64,000 bases of DNA from Octopus sinensis. Its lineage: Eukaryota. The stretch lies in contig NC_043003.1 of the NCBI RefSeq assembly GCF_006345805.1, forward strand, positions 33,914,001-33,978,000. The letters run 5' to 3'. The position numbers and the translations under genes are program-made. Numbering within the stretch: the stretch's first letter is position 1; the number at the start of each line of letters is the position of its first letter. The notes under the pieces are model-generated. The model did no database searches. It saw nothing but the letters and a program-made list of their open reading frames with translations, and was not told the DNA's origin. This document shows, piece by piece, positions 52,905-64,000 of the stretch.

Positions 52905-53122
52905 TATACATATATATGTGTGTACGTATATATACACACGCATATATGTGTGTATTTATACAAACACGAATACAAAAAAATGTGTGGGTATATGCGTGTT
53001 TTGCATATAAGGTATAATGCTTGCCACATAGTTGCAATACACATTCTTTTATAGCAGAAATTTGTATCTGTCTGTCTGTTTGTCTGGCTATCTATTCCTC
53101 TTTCTCTCTCTCCCTCTCTCTC

Positions 53123-53166
<44 letters not shown>

Positions 53167-53245
53167 GCGTGTGCGTATATATAGGTTAATATATATATAT
53201 ATAATATATATATATATGCGTGTGTGTATATAGAGGTGAATATAT

Positions 53246-53279
<34 letters not shown>

Positions 53280-53689
53280 CGTATATATATGTATATATGT
53301 ATATATCTATATATATATATAAATGCATGTATGCGTGTGTGAGTTTTTGTGAGTGTGTGTTTGTGCGTGTGCGCGTGCGTGTGCGCGTACCTGTGCGCGT
53401 GCGTGTGCGCGTGCGTGTGCGCGTGCGCGTGCGTGTGCGCGTGCGCGTGCATGTGTGTTGCTGCAGGATTTGTTTACGTATAATAATAGTATTCTTGAAA
53501 GTTTTCACTATTTGTAGTCTTGCCAGAAATATTCCGCTTTTATGATCACGTCTGTTTCCCTCTGCACTTTTTCTCATTCACATTGGTTTCCTTTTAAATC
53601 TGTCTCTCACTCTTCTCTCTTCCTTTCTATTCGCCTTTATCCTATTGTTCCGTTCTCCTTCGCCTTCAACTTCTGCTTCTTCATCTGAT

Positions 53690-53703
53690 GCTGTTGTCAT
53701 CAT

Positions 53704-53734
<31 letters not shown>

Positions 53735-53740
53735 TTAATA

Positions 53741-53808
<68 letters not shown>

Positions 53809-53830
53809 CATCATCATCATAATTATAATC
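53690..53830. repeat. (ATA)n then (TTA)n/(TCA)n microsatellite
   Basis: Direct reading. Confidence 0.95.
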
Positions 53831-54588
53831 ATCGACGTTCTTTATGTTTGAATAGTTGTTGTTGCATTTTTGTTGTTGAATCATATATCGCAAGACGCTT
53901 GTCATTCAATGAACAGTAGAGATCGAATTCAGCCATTTTGGTATTGTGCCAAAAACTCTCCAGGGAGGATATCTTGTTTGGTGTCCGGCTCAGATTATAA
54001 TAGCCGACAACATCTGTTATCATATCAACTTATGACCCTGTCAAAGGTCAGTCAATCATAACTTTTGGGAATATATGGACAAATCTTTCATTTTCCTTGT
54101 GGGAAAAGGGCATCTCGCCATATATGGTAATAATACTGCAATGTTAGTATGAGTGTAATATTATTACCACTAGTATATTCATATGAACTACATTTCAAAG
54201 AAATATAACTGAACGCTATTTCATTCTCAAAACCTTTTGTATATTTATCAGTCATATTTTCTTGTAAATTCGAAATGATTTGAAACAAATTCGTGTGTAA
54301 TATTGAATGCCTACAAGCACACGCCAATTGCAGATGTACATATACATGCATACGCACTCAAGCACACATGTAAATTAGGCGCACTAACGTCGATCAAATG
54401 TGTGTGTGTGTATGTGTGTGTGTGTGTGAGTATTACATATTACACATATCTTTATCTCCACACATACTGACACGCAAACACGCATACACAGGCACAACAC
54501 ACACGTATATATAGACACAAACGTACAAATACGCCCGCACACATACGTATACACATACAGAGAGAGAGAGAGAGACACTCACACACAC

Positions 54589-54637
<49 letters not shown>

Positions 54638-55049
54638 ACGTAAAGGATTAGGGATTTGGAATCTGGTCAGGCATCTTATTAGCATTTCTGGCTAACCACA
54701 TCGAAAAGATAGGGAACATACAGAATTGCTTAAGATAAACAATTAACGGATGGCACTTCACTCGATAGGAAAATTTTGAGTTTGCCCCACTGGATTTCAT
54801 GCATGCAGAAAATATAATCATGACATCATGAAGAAGAATGGAGAATTAGACATATTTATAAATTATCTATTACTGTATTATCCTCATTAAATTCCAATCC
54901 GACATGTATTTCGGCTGTATGAGAGTTCGAGTGGCCTTCGGTGTATCATTTATGCCTATTTAGTTAATTCCTTTGCTGTACATATTCATGCAAAGTAGAC
55001 ATTTCAATGCAACTTTGTTCAAGGTTTTACCTATTCGAGTGGGTGAAGC

Positions 55050-55720
55050 GCGCTGAGGATTGAATCCTGTTAACTTGAAGATGTATAAATTGAAAAGTTG
55101 TTTGGCTGACTAAATAACGTAAATTTTTCAATACATCCCCCCTTACGGTACACAAACGTCTTCCATTGGTTTCACCCTGTTGGTTTAAAAAGTTATTAAT
55201 AGAAGATATGACATCATCATCACTGCAGTACTGGTTCCCAGCCAATGATATTTTATGTCGAGGCAAAGATGATTGTCAGATGGGGCCAAATAAGGAGAAT
55301 AGGGACGATAAACAGCCATTTCAAAGCCACAGTCACGCACACCAACCATTGAAACCAAGAACTTGTGTGCTGGAGCATTGTCCTCATAAAAAAAGTTCTC
55401 CTGGGCGTTTGGTCTTGATATCCTTTCTTAACTACCTCAGTAAATTGGCATCGTGTTCTCCATTGATTGTATGGCCCTTTTTAAGCTTGTCAATCAACAC
55501 AATGGTATTTGCATCTCTAAAACCTGAGACCATTGCCTTCCCTGCATATGAAACGACCTTGGCCTTCTCTGAAATATGTGAAGAGGAGTGTTTCCATTGC
55601 ATGATTGTCTGTGTGTATCTGGCTCAAAGTGATGAAGCCAACACTCAACCTGGGTTAGGAAACATTCAAGGAAATCAGCCGAATCCAGCTAGATTTATCT
55701 AAGAAAATGTCAGATTTAAC
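55050..55720 (-). pseudogene. Degenerate mariner-type transposase C-terminus
   Basis: DNAPAHK..CGFE..PYSPYLAPSDNHL..LAGNQYCSDDDVISSINNFLNQQ; frameshifted. Confidence 0.75.
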
Positions 55721-55830
55721 TGTGATGTGATCAGCCTGGTGCCCTTTGGATCAGGCACCCAGCAGAAACGTTCGTCATGACAAGTTATTTATGTAGAAGA
55801 TTCTCAACTTTCTCGCGAGTTATGCTAATA

Positions 55831-56694
55831 CAGAGTGTCCCAAAAGTTACTGACGGGTTTTAATTTTTAATAACTTTCTTAATTTTACAAATAAATGCAT
55901 GGCATTTTGATACAATATAAAGGACATAATGGAAATTGATTTGCACATGTCCAATTTTGCAACACAACCACATCACATATGAAAAATTACATCGTTTAAA
56001 TGGCTGATATTTTCGGCTTCACATACCCGTGCTTTTTTCAAAACTTGTTCCATAATACCCTCAAGTGTTTCAGACCCCACTTCACTGATTCCTCTATTGA
56101 TGTTCTCCCACAGTTGCACCAGGGCCTCCGGCTTGTTGGCGTAAACCCCCTCTTTCAGGTATCTATGATTGAGACCTTTTTGCGCCCGGCCATTCAAAGT
56201 AGACCTCACACCTGGTTCCAACAAGACGGGGCAACTGCTCATATCGGAAAAGAAATAATGCACTTGCTACGGCAGTGCTTCGGGGAGAGAATAATCTCCA
56301 GCTACGGCAATGTCAACTAGCCTTCACGTTCCCCAGTCTTGACTAGCCCGGATTTATTATTGTGAGGATACCTGAAAGAGAGGGTTTACATGAATAAACC
56401 GGAGGCTCTAGTGCAACTGAAGGAGAGCGTCAATAGAGAAATCAGAGAAGTGGTATCTGAAATTCTTGAGGGTGTTATGGTGCAATTTTTGGTAAGAACA
56501 CGGGCGTACGAAGCTGAAAATGGCTACCGTTTAAGCGATGCCATTTTTCATATGTAGTGGTTTTACAAAATTTGATATATGCATATTAATTTCCGTTATT
56601 TCCTTTATATTGTATCAAAATTTCATGTATTTACTTATAAAGTTAAGGAAGTTATTAAAAATTGAAACCTATCAGTTAGTTTTGGCACATCCTT
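55831..56694. mobile_element. Tc1/mariner DD41D (rosa-like) internally deleted foldback derivative with TA target duplication
   Basis: TA|CAGAGTGTCCCAAAA ... TTTTGGCACATCCTT|TA; long diverged inverted arms both encode YLKE.VY.NKPEALVQL..; the centre encodes WFQQD-(41 aa)-D. Confidence 0.85.
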
Positions 56695-58410
56695 TAGCGT
56701 TGGCTATTTAATTTAGCATGTTTTCACTATTAAGAATTGTATAAGATATTTTGTCTAATTTTAAAGATTAATAAATTTAACTGAATGTAATAGGTATGAA
56801 TATATATTTATCTTTTCCTGAACATAGGTAGACGTTCTACTGCCTATTGCTAAGTGTGCTCCAATTTCAGTTTACTGTTTATATCAACAACCAGTCAATT
56901 GATAATTGCATTGCACATTATCTGTAATCAATTTGTATATTATTCATCGTTGATGTCACTAATATCAGATTAAAATATCAATTCTGAGTGATTATAATTT
57001 TAATTTTGGCAGTTTTTCTCTTCGATGGTATTGTCATTTCACTTAAACTTCCATTACTTTTATTCCAATAAGTTTTCCTGCAAATTTATTGTGATTTGCA
57101 AAGCAATGGACGATTCGATTTTCATATATTTTTGAGAATAGTGCAACACTATATAACTATATTTAACTGAATTCTGTCACTATATTCTCAGTACAATTTT
57201 AGAACTTATTTTCTTCCGTTCCAGTGTGAGTATAATTTTTATTGCCTGAAAGAAGTGGGAAAGTAAGTTAATTGTAAGTGACGTTTACAGTTCAGCAACA
57301 CATCCTCCTTGGATTTATTATAATACAAGACGTTCTTTCTGAACCAATTTCTCTTCCAAATTTCTGCATATATTTCAGTGATAGGTTTCATTATTTCATA
57401 TCTCCATAGATTTGACTAGCAAAGATTTTGTTTACATCAACAAGGAAACAAATTAGATGAAACCAGTTTTCTTTCTTGTTGTGTAGAAAGGCATATACGT
57501 ATATATGAATATGCACTGTAGGAAGCATACTCGCCTATGCTAGCAAAGAACAACAAATAGAAAATCTTTCACTGGAATAAGATGTGAGAACATTTTATTG
57601 TTCTATGAATAGATGTTGTACCAAATATATTTGAATAAAATTCATTGATAGAATATTTCCAAACTTTCAGCGGTAACAATAAATCCTTTAGACAGCCTTG
57701 ATATGATTATAGATACTAAAAAGAGATTTCTGTAATGAAAGCAGGACGCCGTGTTATGGTACATATTCAGTGTTGTCTTAACTCAATATTAAATAGCAGC
57801 AGGACGACAAATCTTGATACGCTTCCCCTACATGTTTCCTCATAGGCAATTATACTGTTGATTGGAAATCACTCCACAGTAATAATTTCAAACAGTTTCT
57901 TAGTTGTATTATAATCATATGATGCAGGTGTTGACGTAGTATTATATTACACTGACCACATGCAGGTTCACGCACTTTACTACCATTAGGTGCTGCGTTT
58001 GGTCTCATAACACAGGCTCAAGTCGACCAATACCTTGGCAAGAAAGTTTGGCCGAAGGAAATACTGCGGTAGCCATTCTATTGAAAGTCCTTGTTCTTCC
58101 GTACTAAGCGAAATCCGTCGCCCTTTTTACAGCAACACTTAGACATTGGGTGAGATTGATGAAGTCTAAGCATTTGCAAACAGTCAAGTCAAGGCTTCAG
58201 TTTCAGTATTCATCCTTCCATAACACAGGCTTCACTCTCTTTTCAGACGTTGTTTATGGGGTGATCAACTGATCTGTAATATTTTGCTTGCATTTTAGAA
58301 AGCTTCAAATTCAACCAAAATGCATAGTACATTTTTATTGGTGGGTATATTTGTATTGGTGAATATGATTATAGACATATACTTTCGTGTGGGTTTCCAA
58401 ATGTACATAT

Positions 58411-58441
<31 letters not shown>

Positions 58442-58634
58442 GGTAGATATATGTATATATGTGCGAATATGCATGAATATTTCTATAATCATACATTATA
58501 AACTTATATCTACTTATAGACACACGTGCTAATGAAAATTTCATCACAATTATGCATTCATCTAGATATCTCGGTAATATGAAGTTTCATGCCTGCATTT
58601 GTCAATGCTTATATGTTTACACACATATGTTTGA

Positions 58635-58667
<33 letters not shown>

Positions 58668-58673
58668 AATATG

Positions 58674-58704
<31 letters not shown>

Positions 58705-58993
58705 TCTTTTCTTTCTTCTTTCTTTCTATCCCGTCTGTCTTGATAGACAATGGGTCACGCCAAGGGTGGGGCCTACTTTGATGATGAGCAGCGTCTGCTG
58801 TGACTGAACAGTCCAATTCTAGAGTGTCAGTCCCTGGTACAGTTGCTGCACCCGAACATCGATGGGTACGTGTGGGGTGTTGCTGCAGTTGTCCTCCTCC
58901 TGTCCCGCCTGTCCGACCACAGCTGTGCTCTCCTTTCCTCAGCCATGGAAACGCCTTTCCTCACTGTCCGACGCCAGGCAGAGCGGTCAGCAG
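58705..58993 (-). mobile_element. RTE (BovB-like) LINE 3' end fragment
   Basis: ADRSAWRRTVRKG..RRDRRR..FGCSNCTRD*HSRIGLFSHSRRC C-terminal zinc-finger signature; (AAAG)-like tail. Confidence 0.85.
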
Positions 58994-59059
58994 ATATATA
59001 TATATACACACACACAGGGGAAAATGAAACAGACAGACAGATAAAATGACAGCTATTAT

Positions 59060-59186
59060 ATATTGTTGCATTTGGAGACGGTCATGTTGCCAGTTTAGCC
59101 AATGAAACCACACGCTCTATATGTTTTGTGTTCACTTCTAGAAAACTAGAATGGAACACTAGCATCCCAACACACACAAACACACG

Positions 59187-59224
<38 letters not shown>

Positions 59225-59756
59225 ACAACCTATGATCGACATAAACTAATAATAATATGACACTAATGCAATAGACAGATAAATAAATGGAATTAAATAA
59301 TTATAAACATAAACAAAATATAATAAATTAAATCAAATCAAACTAATACAAAAGAAGAAAGAAAGAAAAAGTAAGTAGATAAAAGCAAATGAATTAAATA
59401 AATAAAAGTAAATTAAAGGAACGTGAATAAACAGTGAATACTGATAATGAAGGTACCATACACATTTCCACATATACACTTGCTAAACATGGACACACAC
59501 AGGGATATATGCATACGCAAATAAAGACACACACAAAAGGAATACAAAATGGCAGATCGTTAGGAAGGGGAGACACAAAAAGTAAGAAGAAAGCAAAGGA
59601 CGACTAACGAGGTCACAGAAGTGTGACGAAAGAACTCTGGCCGAAATGCAATTCATATGAAATAAAGCTGAAGCAAGTGAACATCAAATATATATATAGT
59701 GCGTATGTTTTCATTGGCTAAACTGGCAACATGACCATCCCCAAATACAACAATAT
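59060..59756. repeat. ~80-bp inverted repeats (59060-59138, 59674-59756) around ~535 bp
   Basis: atattgttgcatttggagacggtcatgttgccagtttagccaatgaaa versus reverse complement atattgttgtatttggggatggtcatgttgccagtttagccaatgaaa. Confidence 0.88.
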
Positions 59757-59823
59757 CTGTTTCAACACACGAATTCACATCAAGAACCTTGCAAAATGAA
59801 TATTATGAACGTATATATATATA

Positions 59824-59881
<58 letters not shown>

Positions 59882-60303
59882 GGATAAAGAGGGAGAGAGA
59901 GAAAAGTGAGAGGATTACAGTGAACTTGCTGTGAGGAGTGGAATATTAGTTACAGCCAGTTTTTCCAGCTGAGAGGATGTAAATTCTGTATTTCTTCAAA
60001 TTCTTTTTTTCTCCCCCCCCCCCCTCCTCCGATGAAGAATTACATCTGAAACGTTGGATATTCCACTCCTCACGGAAAAGTCTTGCCGACGCAGGGCTAC
60101 ACAAGATTCCTTGAAGCTTGCATATATATATATATATATATACGTATTTTTGCCATTTCAATATGGCTAACCCCTAAGGGTGGATGCTACTGTAGTTTTT
60201 AGCCCCAGGAGGACACACTCCTCCAGCTGGCCATAGACACACTTTCTGTGTCCTGTCAGTATTTGCAAAGGGAAGTCAACCTTCCCGTCTTCAACTTATG
60301 ATA

Positions 60304-60348
60304 CACACGGACTCGAGTTTCGAGGTATTAACCTCTCGTCAGCGTGTG
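60304..60348 (-). ncRNA. Type-I hammerhead ribozyme (intact core)
   Basis: CACACG-CUGACGA-GAGG-UUAAUA-CCUC-GAAA-CUCGAG-UC-CGUGUG; GUC cleavage triplet. Confidence 0.92.
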
Positions 60349-60656
60349 ACAATCATAGTTGTCGTCGAGAATTAGATTTCCTTCACAAATACTTATACTT
60401 TTTCCAGCGTCCACTGTCGCTGATATTGAAAAAGTGAAATCAAACAATGATAAATATCAGAGTTAGTTATATACAGTAGCGGTAACACATCGTGACGTAT
60501 TTTTGCCATTTCAATATGGCTAACCCCTAAGGGTGGATGCTACTGTAGTTTTTAGCCCCAGGAGGACACACTCCTCCAGCTGGCCATAGACACACTTTCT
60601 GTGTCCTGTCAGTATTTGCAAAGGGAAGTCAACCTTCCCGTCTTCAACTTATGATA

Positions 60657-60700
60657 CACACGGACTCGAGTTCGAGGTATTGACCTCTCGTCAGCGTGTG
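60657..60700 (-). ncRNA. Type-I hammerhead ribozyme, 1-nt deletion in GAAA
   Basis: Same as the other copies but GAA instead of GAAA; loop II UCAAUA. Confidence 0.8.
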
Positions 60701-61074
60701 ACAATCATAGTTGTCGTCGAGAATTAGATTTCCTTCACAAATACTTATACTTTTTCCAGCGTCCACTGTCGCTGATATTGAAAAAGTGAAATCAAACATG
60801 ATAAATATCAGAGTTAGTTATATACAGTAGCGGTAACACATCGTGACGTATTTTTGCCATTTCAATATGGCTAACCCCTAAGGGTGGATGCTACTGTAGT
60901 TAGCCATATTGAAATGGCAAAAATACGTCACGATGTGTTACCGCTACTGTATATAACTAACTCTGATATTTATCATTGTTTGATTTCACTTTTTCAATAT
61001 CAGCGACAGTGGACGCTGGAAAAAGTATAAGTATTTGTGAAGGAAATCTAATTCTCGACGACAACTATGATTGT

Positions 61075-61119
61075 CACACGCTGACGAGAGGTCAATACCT
61101 CGAAACTCGAGTCCGTGTG
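61075..61119 (+). ncRNA. Type-I hammerhead ribozyme (intact core)
   Basis: CACACG-CUGACGA-GAGG-UCAAUA-CCUC-GAAA-CUCGAG-UC-CGUGUG; predicted cut after 61113; stem I extends through AUGAU/AUCAU after a UGU/U internal loop. Confidence 0.93.
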
Positions 61120-61343
61120 TATCATAAGTTGAAGACGGGAAGGTTGACTTCCCTTTGCAAATACTGACAGGACACAGAAAGTGTGTCTATGGCCAGCTGG
61201 AGGAGTGTGTCCTCCTGGGGCTAAAAACTACAGTAGCATCCACCCTTAGGGGTTAGCCATATTGAAATGGCAAAAATACGTCACGATGTGTTACCGCTAC
61301 TGTATATAACTAACTCTGATATTTATCATTGTTATATATATAT

Positions 61344-61379
<36 letters not shown>

Positions 61380-61482
61380 GTAGGTAGGTAGGTAGGTAGG
61401 TAGGTAGGTAGAATTAACTACCAAAGGTAGAGTAATGTGATATTCTTTTATTAAAGTTGCAGAAACCTAAGAAAGACTGTTT

Positions 61483-61579
61483 CTCAGAGATTCAGGTTTA
61501 CGTTCGTAGGACAGTTGTTATTAAGACTGGAGATCTCAATCGCAACCCTCCGACGAACGGGAACATGCAACTCTGAGTA
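61483..61579. mobile_element. Older degenerate copy of the 33633 foldback/hammerhead-like element
   Basis: ctcagag..cgttcgtaggacag ... ccgacgaacgggaacatgcaactctgagta. Confidence 0.65.
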
Positions 61580-62261
61580 CCCACCTATATTTATATATAT
61601 ATAGCATGCATGTGTGTGTGTGTTTGTGTGTGTTATACATTAATATTAGATGAGTAAGACTTCGATTACAAGAGTAGCCTTTAAAAGATAATAAGGTCTA
61701 TTTACATAATATTGCCGTGTAGTGTCGCAATTATATATTTCAGTAAATGGTATCCCTTATAGAAAATAAGTAACATCGCTATCCGCTATTGTTAGGGCAT
61801 TAGTGATACAGCGTATTAATATGATAGCACCGGGGAATTGGATTTTAAGAAACGTTGAGTAATTTTGCTGTCAGGCTCCATCAATGGAGAGCATGACCAG
61901 TAATGGAACTGATTCTATTTTCTCTTTGATTCTTACGCTCTCCTTCTCTCTCTCTTTACTTCTCTCCCTATCTCCGTCTCTCTCTATCTTTCCTTCTCTC
62001 CTTGGATCTTCCTAGATTTTTGCTAGATTAGCTGCGTGAGACTGAAAGTACACGAGACGGTAAGATGTCAAATAGTCGGTAGCTTTCACAAATAAAGAGT
62101 TCAGTTGATCAACAAATTTAACGTTCATCGTTGAGATCCATGAAAAGTCCATCACATGCGTAGTCATGCCCACACTACACATACACATGCATGCATATTT
62201 GTATGTCTATCTATTATCTATCTATCTACTTATCTATCTCTCTTTCTCTCTCTCTCTCTCT

Positions 62262-62297
<36 letters not shown>

Positions 62298-62301
<4 letters not shown>

Positions 62302-62470
62302 AGGCATGGCTGTGTGGTAATAAGCTTACTTCCCAACTACATGGTTTTGGGTTCAGTTCCACTGCATGGTATTTTGAGTACGTGATTTCTACTATAGCCA
62401 AGGGTCGACGAAATCCTTGTCAGTGAATTTGATAGTCAGAAAGCTGAAAGAAGCCCGTCGTATATATATA
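62298..62470 (+). mobile_element. SINE family B, 5' tRNA-like head
   Basis: gcgcaggcatggctgtgtggtaa (A-box-like)..gggttcagttcc (B-box-like)..gaaagaagcccgtcgtata. Confidence 0.7.
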
Positions 62471-64000
62471 TACCAATTTCATCTACTAATTACTTCAGTC
62501 TACTGGAGGGATAAAATTATAATGAGGTATTTTTTCCTCTTGGCTGAAACCGCTGCAAGATATTTTCCCAATTTCTATTCCTGTATGTTATATGTTTTAA
62601 TAATTACTGTTACCTTTATACATTATTTATGTAAAGCATAATATGTTATACATGTATGTATATTGCTGTAATTGTCACCCATATCTATAAAACAGTCCTT
62701 GGACGAAAATTGTAAGCACATTTTTGCTTTGACGGTTAATGGCGGCTAAACCGAGGTTAGGGTCGAGCTGAAAATTGGCAGGGATACTAAATGCGTGGTG
62801 AGGATGAGACCCGCGATGGTTGAAATTCGCAAGCTATATAGACGTGGTTGCTATGGCAAAAAGAGTGATTTTTTATCGATTCAAGGGGGCCCAGAGCCCC
62901 TCTAGGTTTGTGCGATTGGCTATTAATTCCCAGCGGCATGCACTGCAGGCTGTTGTGCTTAATAAACATACATTTTGTCGCGAAATTCCGGCTACTAGGA
63001 AACGATTTTTCATTGTGAAAAAACGTATGCTTTTCGCCCTCATTTTCTTTTTAATCTCTTTATAAAAGTGAAAGGATTTCGTCTATTTATATCTGCTGTC
63101 TAATTACGACGGTGATTCAGTTGACTGGGAAAAGTATACGTGATGAATATCCATTACCAAACTATCTTAATCTAAATATTGAAACTACATTAAACTTTGG
63201 CAAGCTTACCTTTACCTATTCTGAGTTACTTGAAAGGTGATGTTCCCTTCCCTCTCTTCTGACTGTTGATACCTTTTTTTTACCTTTGATACCGTTGTTT
63301 CACTTTAAAGATGCTTCTTTACCCAGCTATTATATTTCGACTGCTGTCCATTGTTTCAAATTGGTTTTAGCATTGTCATTCTAGCCTTTTTTAAACACTC
63401 ACATATGATTCGTCCCAAAGAATCAACTTTTAAATAAGAGTTTTGCTTCCATTAGCGAAAACTATAGGTATCTTTCAGGAAGCTCCATACCAATTTTACT
63501 TTATGCAGCATTCGCTGTTAGTTTATGTGCACGCTATGTGGGAAGATAGAATAAAAGGGCTTTTGTTAGCGTTTCTCTCCGAAAAAAAATAGCTCCCTTT
63601 GTTGTTGAAAAAAATAAACTCGCAGAGGGGAAGTTTCAACATCTTCCTTCAATTTCATTACACCATTTATGTGGCTGTTTCTGACAAGAAATTTCGCTTT
63701 CATGTAAAACAACTATATTTTGTAGCCATTATCCGTCATCTACGCCCCAATCACTTCAGTAGCTCTACTTCATATCGCTTTCAAACTTATATGTTCTATG
63801 ATAATCAAAGTGCAACGACCTCCACAATAACCAGCCTTCAATTTAATTTTCCGTTTCTAGGTTGATCGGAAACAGATTGCCATGCTACATATAAACCTTC
63901 TCGGTAGTTCAATTATTTGGTGAAAAAAAATACCACCAAAGCAACTTAAACCGTCCAAAGGACAGGTGCGTTTGCTCGTTTTAGTAAATAAATGAATTGA

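Larger units (their letters stand above)
60142..61333. mobile_element. Retrozyme-like tandem + inverted array of ~353-bp monomers carrying hammerhead ribozymes
   Basis: Units start 60142, 60495 and 60846 (partial). The sequence inverts at 60901 for 433 bp. One hammerhead per full unit; (TA)n on both flanks; no ORF of note. Confidence 0.92.

Noticed and set aside
60142-60900. CRISPR-like or satellite interpretation of the tandem repeat
   Set aside because: Units are 353 bp with no unique spacers; eukaryotic context; better explained by ribozyme-bearing monomers.

Overview
AT-rich, microsatellite-saturated animal genomic DNA, most likely octopus/cephalopod (inferred from the dispersed tRNA-derived SINE families and the TA/TATC/CA repeat load). 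I found no recognisable host protein-coding gene. The window is a dense, nested set of mobile elements. LINEs: a nearly intact full-length Tx1/L1-clade element (45742-51961, minus) plus two relatives, a nearly intact CR1-type LINE (15950-18875), three R4/Dong-type RLE LINE remnants and an RTE 3' end. Other elements: two Penelope-like remnants, hAT-like, mariner and DD41D (rosa-like) transposase relics, two copies of a non-autonomous Helitron and many SINEs. Strongest lead: a 1.2-kb tandem-plus-foldback array (60142-61333) of ~353-bp non-coding monomers, each carrying a type-I hammerhead ribozyme with a palindromic stem III (retrozyme-like). Several variant minimal hammerhead motifs also occur in other small repeats. 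Second lead: a Tx1 family whose copies are bracketed at both ends by (TATC)n, suggesting GATA-microsatellite targeting. Coordinates of degenerate elements are approximate, read by eye; no searches or folding programs were run.
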